Shown: piece after piece, positions 32,296 through 41,230 of the stretch
Layout of the letters: each line of letters begins with the position of its first letter
Numbering within the stretch: position 1 is the stretch's first letter
Position numbers and translations under genes: made by a program
The notes under the pieces: generated by a model
What the model saw: the letters and a program-made list of their open reading frames with translations, nothing else
The model's database searches: none
What the model was told of the DNA's origin: nothing
Source: Candidatus Multivoradales bacterium
Lineage (GTDB): Bacteria; Acidobacteriota; Thermoanaerobaculia; Multivoradales; JAHEKO01
DNA: 64,000 bases
Reading direction: 5' to 3'
Assembly: GCA_965223155.1 (NCBI GenBank)
Contig: CBDCVR010000015.1
Location: 1,056,001-1,120,000 of the forward strand

Positions 32296-33420
32296 ATGGC
32301 GATGAAGATCGGGATCAGTTGCTATCCGACCTTCGGCGGCTCCGGCGTCGTCGCCACCGAGCTGGCGATGGCGCTCGCCAAGAGCGGCGACGAAGTCCAC
32401 GTCATCAGTTACGCGCTGCCGTTCCGGCTCGAGCGAACCGACTCCCGCCTCACGTTCCACGAGGTGGTGGTGCCGCACTATCCGCTCTTTGACTACCCGC
32501 CCTATTCTCTGGCGCTCGCCACCAAGATCGTCGAAGTGGCCCGGAATCACGAGCTGGACTTGATTCACGTCCACTATGCCGTGCCCAACGCGGTCTCGGC
32601 GGTCCTGGCCCGCGAGATCCTGGCGCCCCAGCCGCTCAAGGTCGTCACCACGCTCCACGGCACGGACATCACCCTGGTCGGCAACGACCCGAACTATCTC
32701 GAGACGACCCGCTTCGGGATCGAGCAGAGCGATGCGGTAACGGCGGTTTCTGAGGCTCTGCGCAACGCCACGGCCGAGCAGCTCGGTGTTCAGAACGACA
32801 TCGAGGTGGTGGCCAATTTCATCGAGCCCGAGCGCTACGAGCTAGCGCTCGCAGGCGGCGGCGCCCGGCGCTGGGCCCGAGCCGACGAGAGACTTCTCGT
32901 CCATGTTTCGAACTTTCGGCCGGTCAAGCGCGTCCTCGATGTGGTCGAGACCTTCGAGAAGGTGCGCCAGGAGATCGACGCCCGGCTGCTCCTGGTCGGC
33001 GACGGCCCGGACCGGGCCAAGGTGGAGCGCTACTGCCGTGAGTGCGGCATCTGCAGCGACATCACGTTTGTCGGTAGCGTGCCGGCGATCGAAGAGGTGC
33101 TGGTGGGCGCCGATCTCTTTCTCTTGCCCTCCGAGACCGAGTCGTTCGGCCTGGCCGCCCTCGAGGCGCTGTCGTGTAAGGTGCCGGTCCTTGCCACCGC
33201 GGTCGGCGGCCTGCCCGAGGTCGTGGACCACGGCGAGACCGGGTTCCTGTTCGAAGTGGGCGACACCGAGGCCATGGCGAAGGCCGCGGTGACGCTCTTG
33301 TCCGATCCCGAACTTCGCTCCGAGTTCGGTGAGCGAGGTCGCGCGCGCGCGCTCGAGCGTTTCCGGGAGGATCGGATCGTGGCACGCTACCGGCGGGTTT
33401 ACTCGCGCGTCCTGGGCTGA
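32296..33420 (+). CDS. bshA: N-acetyl-alpha-D-glucosaminyl L-malate synthase BshA
   Basis: [52 protein letters not shown]. Confidence 0.95.
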   Translation: MAMKIGISCYPTFGGSGVVATELAMALAKSGDEVHVISYALPFRLERTDSRLTFHEVVVPHYPLFDYPPYSLALATKIVEVARNHELDLIHVHYAVPNAVSAVLAREILAPQPLKVVTTLHGTDITLVGNDPNYLETTRFGIEQSDAVTAVSEALRNATAEQLGVQNDIEVVANFIEPERYELALAGGGARRWARADERLLVHVSNFRPVKRVLDVVETFEKVRQEIDARLLLVGDGPDRAKVERYCRECGICSDITFVGSVPAIEEVLVGADLFLLPSETESFGLAALEALSCKVPVLATAVGGLPEVVDHGETGFLFEVGDTEAMAKAAVTLLSDPELRSEFGERGRARALERFREDRIVARYRRVYSRVLG

Positions 33421-33496
33421 GCGCCCGGAGGCGGCTGGAGGCGCCCATAGGCGAATGCAGCGTGCGGCCGCCGGTGCTGGCTCGAAAGCGGCTGGG

Positions 33497-35758
33497 CTAC
33501 TGGAGATACCCGAGCGCGCGCAGGCTCTCGCGAGTGGCGTCATCCATCTCGTCTAAGGCTTCCCCGGCCTCCAGCCGGGTGCCGACCTCGATCCAGGCGG
33601 CCAGCTGCTGGCGCAGCCAGTCGGTCTCGAGCTCGGTCTCGCCGGCCAGGTTGACGCGCTCGGCTGGGTCGGAGACGAGGTCGAAGGTGTACTCGACGTC
33701 CCAGCCGCGGCCCAGGCCCTGTCCCATGCCCCAGCGCGAGCCTCCGCGGCTGCTGCCCCGGGGCGCGTAAACGACCTTGTAGCGTTCCGAGCGAGCCATG
33801 AAGATGCCGCCCTTGATAGCCGAGGCCGAGGCGAAGAGAACCTCCTTGGGAGTGGCGGTCTCGGCCCGGTCGAGGAGATAGGGCCAGAGCGAGGAACCCC
33901 CGGCCTGCGCCGGCTCCGCGCCGCTGCCGCGAGCAAGCTCGGCCAGGGTCGCGTGGAGATCCACGTTGTCGGTCAAAGCGTCGATCTTGGCCGCGGGAAT
34001 CGTCTCCGGCCACCAGGCGACCAGCGGAATCTTCAGCATCTCGTCGTAGAGGGTGTAGCCGTGGAGGACGCCGCCGTGCTCGAAGAGCTCCTCGCCGTGG
34101 TCCGAGGTCACCAGCAGCAGCACCTCATCCGGGTCGTAGCGCTCCAGAACCGCCTCCAGGAACCGGTCGAGGTGAGCGTCGTTGTAGGCGACGCTCGCGG
34201 CGTAAAGCCCCTTGAGGCGTTCGCGGTCGGCGTCGTCGAGCAAGACGCGTTGCGCGCGGATGCTTTGGAGCATGCCGGTCGAGCCGTTGATGGTCGAGCC
34301 GTTGTCGGGGACGAAGCGGCCGCGAAACGGCTCGGGCGGGTTGTACGGGTTGTGGGGATGGATGGTTTGGATGTGGACGAAGGCCCGGTCCGAAGCGTCG
34401 ATCTGGTCGAGCCACTCGAGGGCGGCGTCATGGATGATCTCGGCATTGTTGTTGTAGCCGGCGGCCGCGCGCCGTTCCTGGCCGGTGTAGAGAACCTGTC
34501 CGGAGACCATCTCGTAGCCCCGGGTCATGCCACGCCAGGGTGAGACGTTGCCGTTGCCGGAGAAGAGGCTGGTGCGGAAGCCGGCGTCTCGGAACATCTC
34601 GGCCAGGGTGGGACCGCTGGCGGCGGTGAGCTTGTCCCCGCCTTTGAGCAGAAACTTCTGGCCGCTCAGCAGGCTCTTCATCGACGGCACCGTGTTGGGG
34701 GCGACGCTCCAATGGTTGGCGAAGGTCACGCCCTCGGCGGCGAGCCGGTCCAGGGTCGGCGAGACCCCGGCCGGGCCGCCCAGGTGCTCGAGATAGTCGG
34801 CGCGAAGCGCGTCCATGATGTAGAGGACCACGAGCTTGGGCGCTTTGGGCGCGCGGGCCGGCTCCGGGGCGTCCGCCTCCGAACCGTTGAGAGTGAGATC
34901 GCGCCATTGGGCCGGCGGTCCTTCGCCCTCGGCTACGAAGCGGAAGCGCGCGTAGTGGTCGTCGTCGTCCTCGGGGTCGATTCCCAGCTCGCGGCCGAAC
35001 TCGACGGCGAAGGGAATCTCTCGAGCTGGATCCTCGCCCTGAGTCCAGGCCGCAAGCTCGCGCCGCTCGTTCTGGGTCTCGAGCTCGAGGCGGAATCGCT
35101 GGCCGGTCCGAGCGCCCGAGGGCGGCCGGAGGGTGCCCGAGAATCGGTCGGCCCCATCTAGCTTGCGGACGACCTCGGCGGTCGCCCAGCCGGAGTGGAC
35201 GAGGTCCGAGCCGTTGACCTGAACGGTTCCGGCGGGCAGCGCATCGGAAAAGTCGAGCCCCCGCAGGCTCATGGCGCTGTCCGGTCCCATGCGCAGGTCC
35301 AGCGTGAAGCGGCCGGTCTCCAGGTTCTTGGGAATCGGAATCCGGACCTTAGTGGTCAGGGGCAGGGTGCGCCACTGGCGGTCGGCGATCCGGACGTCCA
35401 CGGTCCCGCCCGCCTCCGGCTTGGTGACGCTACGCACCACCAACCGGCGCTGGCGGGAGTTGAGATGGACTCCGGCGAGGCGCGAGAAGTTCCCGACCGT
35501 GGTCATTTGCGGCTCGCCCCGGTTGACGTGATCCCACCAGCCCTGGACCAGCCGGTTGGCGGCGCCGGAGGCGGGCAGGGACACGGCCGGTTCCTCGACC
35601 AGGACCAGCGGCGGGTGGAGCGAGTCGAAGAGCGGTGTCGCAACCTCGGTCGGGCCCGAGCAGGCGGTGCTTGCTGCCATGACGAGGACGCCGGCGAGCG
35701 CAGAAACCGGCCGTACGCGGCGAATCCGGGACACGGCTCGGAGTCGAGGGGTCGTCAT
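33497..35758 (-). CDS. Sulfatase-like (alkaline phosphatase superfamily) lipoprotein
   Basis: Lipobox-like STAC, DALRAD, NTVPSM, HPHNPY, SDHGEE..HG, C-terminal LRALGYLQ. Confidence 0.85.
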   Translation of the reverse strand: MTTPRLRAVSRIRRVRPVSALAGVLVMAASTACSGPTEVATPLFDSLHPPLVLVEEPAVSLPASGAANRLVQGWWDHVNRGEPQMTTVGNFSRLAGVHLNSRQRRLVVRSVTKPEAGGTVDVRIADRQWRTLPLTTKVRIPIPKNLETGRFTLDLRMGPDSAMSLRGLDFSDALPAGTVQVNGSDLVHSGWATAEVVRKLDGADRFSGTLRPPSGARTGQRFRLELETQNERRELAAWTQGEDPAREIPFAVEFGRELGIDPEDDDDHYARFRFVAEGEGPPAQWRDLTLNGSEADAPEPARAPKAPKLVVLYIMDALRADYLEHLGGPAGVSPTLDRLAAEGVTFANHWSVAPNTVPSMKSLLSGQKFLLKGGDKLTAASGPTLAEMFRDAGFRTSLFSGNGNVSPWRGMTRGYEMVSGQVLYTGQERRAAAGYNNNAEIIHDAALEWLDQIDASDRAFVHIQTIHPHNPYNPPEPFRGRFVPDNGSTINGSTGMLQSIRAQRVLLDDADRERLKGLYAASVAYNDAHLDRFLEAVLERYDPDEVLLLVTSDHGEELFEHGGVLHGYTLYDEMLKIPLVAWWPETIPAAKIDALTDNVDLHATLAELARGSGAEPAQAGGSSLWPYLLDRAETATPKEVLFASASAIKGGIFMARSERYKVVYAPRGSSRGGSRWGMGQGLGRGWDVEYTFDLVSDPAERVNLAGETELETDWLRQQLAAWIEVGTRLEAGEALDEMDDATRESLRALGYLQ

Positions 35759-35779
35759 GGCAGCCGAGACGATATCGCA

Positions 35780-35868
35780 GAGTCGGGAGAATTCGGGACC
35801 GGTCCGAGGCCGGGTCTGGTCCGGTTGGGTTCGACGCGACTCGGATCGGTCCCGAGTTTCCCTGATTC
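35780..35868 (+). other. Long intergenic hairpin with 29-nt arms
   Basis: 35780-35808 pairs with 35840-35868; 5 of the 6 non-Watson-Crick positions are G-U on the + strand. Confidence 0.6.
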
Positions 35869-36059
35869 GAAAAATGGGAGGGGCCAGAGCCGGTCGGGAC
35901 GGAGTTTGTCAGGACGGAGCCAGGCAGGGCCGAATGCCGGGCAGGCCGCCCTGGCGGACACTGGATCCCCCGCTAGTTGCCAGGCGAGCGGCGAGTCCGG
36001 TTAGACATCCGGCCGGTCTCTCGTTAGACTCCTTGAAAGCTTGTTCTAGGAGAGTTCGT

Positions 36060-36461
36060 ATGAGTGAAGCCGAGAACCCCCAGGAGAATCCCCAGTCTGA
36101 AGCGCAAGCCGACTCCGGCGCGAGCAGTGGTTCGGGGAACGCCTCCTCGAACCGTGGCTTGATGATCGCCCTGTCCTATCTCTGGCTGCTGGCCCTGGTG
36201 CCGCTGCTGGTGGAGAAGGACGACGCCGAGGTGCAGTGGCACGCGAAGCACGGCCTGACGCTCTTGGTGGCCGAGGTTCTGCTGTGGCTCGTTTTTGCGG
36301 TGCTCAGCATGGTTCTCGGTCCGCTGGCGTGCGCGCTTGCCTTGATCCAGATGGTTCTGTTCCTGGGCATCGTCGTGGTTCACATCATCTGCATCGTCAA
36401 GGGCGTCAACGGGGAGCGCTTCCTGATCCCGGGCGTCAGCCAGTACGCGGAGAAGTTCTGA
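36060..36461 (+). CDS. DUF4870-like membrane protein
   Basis: ALSYL..., VQWHAKHGL, IVKGVNGERFLIP; AGGAG RBS. Confidence 0.75.
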   Translation: MSEAENPQENPQSEAQADSGASSGSGNASSNRGLMIALSYLWLLALVPLLVEKDDAEVQWHAKHGLTLLVAEVLLWLVFAVLSMVLGPLACALALIQMVLFLGIVVVHIICIVKGVNGERFLIPGVSQYAEKF

Positions 36462-36748
36462 TGAATGAAACGGCAGCGGCCGCGCAGTCCAGCAACAAGC
36501 CGATCATCTCGCTCGTCCTGGGTATCCTGGGCATCCTGTGCTGCGGGTTCCTGGCGCCGATCGCCTGGTACCTGGGCGCGCAAGAGATCAAGGCGATCCA
36601 GGCCGGCCTGTCGCCGTCTTCAGGTGAAGGCCTGGCCAAGGCGGGCATGATCCTGGGCATCATCGGCTCGGTGATCTTCATCTTGACCTTGATGTGGCTC
36701 TTCTTCGCCGGCGGCATGGCGGTGTTTCAGGGCGCTCTGGGGCGTTGA
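36461..36748 (+). CDS. DUF4190-like membrane protein
   Basis: SLVLGILGILCCG..., GEGLAKAGMILGIIG; TGATG coupling. Confidence 0.78.
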   Translation: MNETAAAAQSSNKPIISLVLGILGILCCGFLAPIAWYLGAQEIKAIQAGLSPSSGEGLAKAGMILGIIGSVIFILTLMWLFFAGGMAVFQGALGR

Positions 36749-37185
36749 CCGAGCCCCAGAGGCGTCCGGCGGTAGCCGGGCGTCCGTGGGCCCGGCCCTC
36801 ACTGGCGTGGTGGGCCGTTGCCGCCGGGCTCGTCGTTGCCGGCGTTCTCCTGGCGACGCTCCGGGCCAGTCTCGAAAGCGCCGCCGGGGCGACGAACCTC
36901 TGTCTGTTTCGCGCTCTCACCGGCGTGCCCTGCCCTGGCTGTGGTCTGACTCGCGCCTTCGCCGCGCTGGCGAGCTTCGATTTCGAGGCGGCGTTTGCCT
37001 GGCATCCGCTGGCCGTGGCCCTGGCGGCGGAGCTCGCGGCGCTCTGGGCGGTCTGGGGCGCTGCCGGCGCAGAGCGAGTGCGCGCGTTCGCCGAGCGCCA
37101 CGCGCTTACCCTGGCGTTCGCCAATGTGGTTCCGTTCCTCGCGGTCTGGCTGGGGCGGGGCGCGACCGGGACCCTGCCGTTCTAG
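36745..37185 (+). CDS. DUF2752-like membrane protein
   Basis: CLFRALTGVPCPGCGLTRA...HPL motif; TTGA overlap. Confidence 0.8.
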   Translation: MTEPQRRPAVAGRPWARPSLAWWAVAAGLVVAGVLLATLRASLESAAGATNLCLFRALTGVPCPGCGLTRAFAALASFDFEAAFAWHPLAVALAAELAALWAVWGAAGAERVRAFAERHALTLAFANVVPFLAVWLGRGATGTLPF

Positions 37186-37197
37186 GCTCTGGCCGGG

Positions 37198-37626
37198 ATG
37201 GGGCCCGAGCTGAAGGAGTCGGTGGGGCCAGTGAGTCGATGGGGTAGACAGGCAGATGGGCCGATGGGACCAACTAGGCTGACCAAGGCGCGGGCGCGCC
37301 GACTCGGCTGCCTCGCCATCTTGGCGCTCGCCGCCGGCCTGGATCTGGCACAGGCGCCGGAGCGCCAGGTGACGGCTGCGGTCCTGGTCGGATCGATCGA
37401 GCTCTATCAGCACACGGTCTCGCCGCTTCTCGGTGGCCTGGGGGCGCGCTGCCGCTTCGAGCCCACGTGTTCGCACTACGGCAAGGCGGTCGTTGAGAAC
37501 CACGGCACCCTCCGAGGCTCGTACCTGGCGCTCCGGCGGGTGGCTCGTTGCGGACCCTGGACCCCGCTCGGGACCGACGATCCGCCGCCAGGAGGGGATA
37601 CCCCGTCTGCGCCTCGCCGGCCCTAG
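37198..37626 (+). CDS. yidD: Membrane protein insertion efficiency factor YidD
   Basis: YQHTVSP, CRFEPTCSHY, RVARCGPW..G.DPP. Start may be 37264. Confidence 0.85.
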   Translation: MGPELKESVGPVSRWGRQADGPMGPTRLTKARARRLGCLAILALAAGLDLAQAPERQVTAAVLVGSIELYQHTVSPLLGGLGARCRFEPTCSHYGKAVVENHGTLRGSYLALRRVARCGPWTPLGTDDPPPGGDTPSAPRRP

Positions 37627-37727
37627 CAGGTCCCGGTAGCCAAGTCCGCGAGCGCTCTCCAGTTCGTGGCCGAGCCGCGCAAGCGTTCTTCGAGACAGCG
37701 CTAGCCGCGGTGCTACCATCGCCCGCC

Positions 37728-38084
37728 ATGAAGCAAGGCTCGAAGGCGTACCCGACCGAGATCCGGCGCCGCCCGGAGCGTGGGCTGCTCGAGACCGTTT
37801 GGTCGGACGGTCACCTGGCCGCCTACGACTATCGCTACCTTCGAGGTTACTGTCCCTGCGCGAGCTGCCAGGGGCACAACGTCACCGAGATTCACTTCCA
37901 CCCGCCGAATGGCCAAGTCGAGCCGCTCGGTATCGAGCCGGTGGGCAACTACGGGATTTCGATTCACTGGTCCGACCGCCACGCCACCGGCATCTACCGG
38001 TTCGATTTCTTGCGCGAGATCTGTCCCTGCGATGCCTGTGGCGGTCGAGAGTGTGGCCCCGAAGACAACGGAGAAGAAGAATGA
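37728..38084 (+). CDS. DUF971 (GBBH N-terminal-like) protein
   Basis: WSDGH, LRGYCPCASC, VGNYGI..WSDRHATGIY. Confidence 0.85.
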   Translation: MKQGSKAYPTEIRRRPERGLLETVWSDGHLAAYDYRYLRGYCPCASCQGHNVTEIHFHPPNGQVEPLGIEPVGNYGISIHWSDRHATGIYRFDFLREICPCDACGGRECGPEDNGEEE

Positions 38085-38701
38085 AAACGATCGTTTGTTT
38101 TTTGTGCCTCATGATGGTCGGTGTGGCGATGAGTTCCGCCCAGGAGCCCGGCGAGGGTTCGGACCCGTCATCCGAAACAGCGGAGGAGCAGGGCGCGCCG
38201 GCCCGGGTCGCGCTCGAGACCAGCAAAGGCCGGATCGTTCTCGAGCTGGATGCGGCCAAGGCGCCGCTGACGGTGGCGAGCTTTCTCGAGAACGTGGATT
38301 CAAGTTTCTACGAAGGCACTATCTTTCACCGGGTTATCCCGAACTTCATGATCCAGGGCGGCGGTTTCACCGCTACCCTCCAGCCCAAGCCGACCGAGAA
38401 GCTCCTCGAAAACGAGGCCGACAACGGCCTGGCCAACGTCCGGGGCTCGGTCGCCATGGCGCGGCGGGGCGACCCGCATAGCGCCTCGGTACAATTCTTC
38501 GTCAACATCGCCGACAACGAGTTCCTGAACCATTCCGCCAAGACGATGCAGGGTTGGGGCTACACGGTCTTCGGCCGGGTGGTCGAAGGCATGGAGGTCG
38601 TCGACGCGATCGCCGCGGTCGAGACCGCCCAGCGCGGGCCGATGGGCGACGTGCCCGTGGAGGCCGTAGTGATCGAGTCGGCGGCGCGGCTCGACCCGTA
38701 A
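38081..38701 (+). CDS. Periplasmic cyclophilin-type peptidyl-prolyl isomerase
   Basis: FHRVIPNFMIQGGG, NEADNGL, AMAR, QFFVN, GYTVFG; signal peptide. Confidence 0.94.
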   Translation: MKTIVCFLCLMMVGVAMSSAQEPGEGSDPSSETAEEQGAPARVALETSKGRIVLELDAAKAPLTVASFLENVDSSFYEGTIFHRVIPNFMIQGGGFTATLQPKPTEKLLENEADNGLANVRGSVAMARRGDPHSASVQFFVNIADNEFLNHSAKTMQGWGYTVFGRVVEGMEVVDAIAAVETAQRGPMGDVPVEAVVIESAARLDP

Positions 38702-38719
38702 CCGGGGTAGCCGCGCAGG

Positions 38720-39490
38720 CTACTTGCGGGTCTTCGAACGCACGAAGTCGAGGACCGCCCAGAGCACCTCGGTCTGCTCCTTGCCATGCGGGATTGAGAG
38801 ACCGCCCCAGACGTCGCGAACCGCGGTCAGGAGGTCGTAGACGTTGACGTCGCGCTTCTTCTGCAGGATGCGACGGACCGCGGCAAAGACGTCCGAGGCC
38901 GTCCACAGCGAGGGGTTCTTACCCCGGAGCTCCTCGAACGCCGCTTCGAGAGCGCCCAGCCGCCGACGCGAGAGCTCCTGGTCCTTGTAGGCGACTCGCA
39001 AACGCCCGACCGCGTGAAAGTCGTTGAACTCGACACCCTCGGGAACCTGGTGCCGTGAGATGACCTGCCAGTGCTGGGGCAAGAGCTCCGCCTTCTTGAT
39101 CTGCATCACCAGGCCGTCGAACTTGGCCAGTGGCAGGTTCTCGAAGAGCACGCCGAGGAGAGGATAGTCCTCGCCCTGGGCCCAAGCGGCGATGCCCTCG
39201 AAGTCCGGAAGCTGCCGAGGCGGCGGCTTGGGCTTGGGCGCGGGCTTGGCCGCCGCCGGCTTGGGTTTCGGTGCCGTCTGCGCTGGCTCGGCTGGGTCAG
39301 CTGGCTCGGCTGGCTCGGCTGGCGCCGCCGGCCTTGCCGCTTCGGGTTTTGGATCGCCCTCGGAACCGGCCTCGGAGACGGCCGGGGAGGCTCTCGAGGA
39401 ATCGGCTTGCGGGGCGCCGTCAGCTTCGGCCTGGGCTCCGGTCACCTCGTCGCTGGGGGAAACGGTCGAGGCGCTTTCTTCGCTGCTCAT
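38720..39490 (-). CDS. Hypothetical protein with Pro/Ala-rich disordered N-terminus and helical C-terminal domain
   Basis: Plausible globular C-terminal 150 aa; no family recognised. Confidence 0.7.
   Translation of the reverse strand: MSSEESASTVSPSDEVTGAQAEADGAPQADSSRASPAVSEAGSEGDPKPEAARPAAPAEPAEPADPAEPAQTAPKPKPAAAKPAPKPKPPPRQLPDFEGIAAWAQGEDYPLLGVLFENLPLAKFDGLVMQIKKAELLPQHWQVISRHQVPEGVEFNDFHAVGRLRVAYKDQELSRRRLGALEAAFEELRGKNPSLWTASDVFAAVRRILQKKRDVNVYDLLTAVRDVWGGLSIPHGKEQTEVLWAVLDFVRSKTRK
39282..39326. repeat. 9-bp tandem repeat x5 encoding PAE/PAD repeats
   Basis: GCTGGCTCG/GCTGGGTCA/GCTGGCTCG/GCTGGCTCG/GCTGGCGCC. Confidence 0.75.
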
Positions 39491-39581
39491 GGGCAGCCGG
39501 ACTCTATCGCAGTCGCGAACCAGGAGGCCCCGGCGGCCGGCGTCCGCGGGCTGCGGCGCGGTCCGATCGCGTCTGCCGGAA

Positions 39582-40847
39582 CTACCGCGATCGGAGCTCC
39601 GCAAGTCGCCGTTCGAGGAATCGGCGCTCCGGAGCTTGTTCGGTGAGAGCAAGAGCCGTCTCGTAGGCGGCCTCGGCCTCGCGTTTGCGGCCCAGTCTCC
39701 GGAAGAGGTCGGCTCTGGCGGAATGGAAGAGGGGATAGCGGTCGAGCTCGCCGCCGGCTTCGATCTCGGAGAGCAGGGCGAGGCCGGCGGCGGGTCCGTC
39801 GGCCATGGCGACGGCGGCGGCTCGGTTGAGCTCGATCACCGGTGAGGGATGGGCGGCGTGCAAGAGCCCGTAGAGCGCGGCGATCTGCGCCCAGTCGGTG
39901 GCATCCGGAGTCTCCGCCTGAGCGTGAAGGGCGGCGATGGCGGCCTGGAGCGAGTAGAAGCCGTCCCGGCGGTCGCGCAGCGCGTCCTCGGCCAGGGCGA
40001 TGCCCTCAGAGATCCGCTCGGCGTCCCACAGGGCTCGGTCCTGATCCTCTAGCAGGACGAGATCTCCGCGCTCGTTCGTCCGCGCTCGGCGCCGCGCGTC
40101 GTGGAGCAGCATCAACGCCAAGAGGCCCTGGATCTCGGGCTCGCTCGGCAGCAGCCGGTCGAGAAGCCGACCCAGCCGGATTCCCTCGGTGCAGAGCTCG
40201 GCGCGGACGTGCCGATCGCCCCGGGTGGCAGCATAGCCTTCGGTGAAGACGAGGTAGACGACCCGCAGGACGGCCTCCAATCTCTCGGTGAGGTGCTCCG
40301 GGTCGGGCACGGCATACGGGATCCGGGCGTCATGGATCTTGCGCTTGGCGCGCACCAGGCGCTGGGCCATGGTCGTGGGCCGGACCAGAAAGGCGCGCGC
40401 GATCTCCTCCACCGAGAGTCCGCACAGGGTCTTCAGAGTCAACGCGGTGCGGGCTTCCGGCGCCAGGGCCGGATGGCAGCAGGTGAAGATCAGACGCAGC
40501 AGATCGTCCCCGAAGGCCTCGTTGCTCCGAGCATTGCCGGTGGGATCGCGCATCATCAGCTCTTCGGCTTGCCGGGCGATCTCGGGACGCTTGCGTTCGA
40601 GGGTGCGCCGCCGGCGCAGAAGGTCGAAGGCCTTGTTGCGGGCGGTGGCGACCAACCAGGCGGCCGGGCGTTCCGGCACGCCCTCGGACGGCCACTGGAG
40701 CCAGGCCGCCGTCAACGCGTCCTGAAGAGCGTCCTCGGCCAGGTCGAAGTCGCCCAGGATCCGGATGAGCGCGGCCAGTGCCCGCGGACGCTGCTCGCGA
40801 AAGAGGGACTCGAGGTCGGTCACGCCGGCCGGCGTGTTCCGGGACAA
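39582..40847 (-). CDS. ECF sigma factor with C-terminal TPR extension (ECF42 group)
   Basis: AEDALQDA, LRLIFTCCHPAL, AQRLVRAKRKI, LEDQDRALWD, LNRAAAVA; adjacent DGPF protein. Confidence 0.9.
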   Translation of the reverse strand: MSRNTPAGVTDLESLFREQRPRALAALIRILGDFDLAEDALQDALTAAWLQWPSEGVPERPAAWLVATARNKAFDLLRRRRTLERKRPEIARQAEELMMRDPTGNARSNEAFGDDLLRLIFTCCHPALAPEARTALTLKTLCGLSVEEIARAFLVRPTTMAQRLVRAKRKIHDARIPYAVPDPEHLTERLEAVLRVVYLVFTEGYAATRGDRHVRAELCTEGIRLGRLLDRLLPSEPEIQGLLALMLLHDARRRARTNERGDLVLLEDQDRALWDAERISEGIALAEDALRDRRDGFYSLQAAIAALHAQAETPDATDWAQIAALYGLLHAAHPSPVIELNRAAAVAMADGPAAGLALLSEIEAGGELDRYPLFHSARADLFRRLGRKREAEAAYETALALTEQAPERRFLERRLAELRSR

Positions 40848-40865
40848 GTTTGTCGGAGCGTTAGC

Positions 40866-41225
40866 TCACTCCGGAGCCGGAGTCGGCAGGATTGGCCGGA
40901 TCTCGACCGAACCCGTGCGCGCGGTCGGGATGCGCTCGGCGATCGCCGTCGCCTGATCCAGGTCTTCGGCCTCGATCAGGTAGTAGCCTCCCAGTTGCTC
41001 GCGAGTCTCGGCGAACGGTCCATCCGTGGTGAGCGTCTTGCCCTCGCGTACGCGCACCGTGGTGGCGCTGGCCACCGGCATCAGCGCTTCGCCTCCGACG
41101 TAGCGACCCTCGGCGTGGATGCCCTGAGTAAACGCCATGTATTCGTTGAAGATCTGGCCCTGCTCGGCCTCGGAGAGCTCGTCCCAGCGGGACTCGTCGC
41201 CGTAGATGAGAAGTAGGTACTGCAT
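40866..41225 (-). CDS. YciI/DGPF family protein
   Basis: TDGPFAETREQLGGYY, VEIRP. Confidence 0.92.
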   Translation of the reverse strand: MQYLLLIYGDESRWDELSEAEQGQIFNEYMAFTQGIHAEGRYVGGEALMPVASATTVRVREGKTLTTDGPFAETREQLGGYYLIEAEDLDQATAIAERIPTARTGSVEIRPILPTPAPE

Positions 41226-41230
41226 CGTCG

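Noticed and set aside
37623-37704. Possible third CTAG-bounded element after the yidD stop
   Set aside because: 82 bp between CTAGs but no TCTCACC/GGTGAGA ends or central motif; only weak terminal complementarity.
39282-39326. Short repeats as possible CRISPR (also 12021-12053 and 35810-35935)
   Set aside because: Units are 5-11 bp with no unique spacers, and no cas genes are present.
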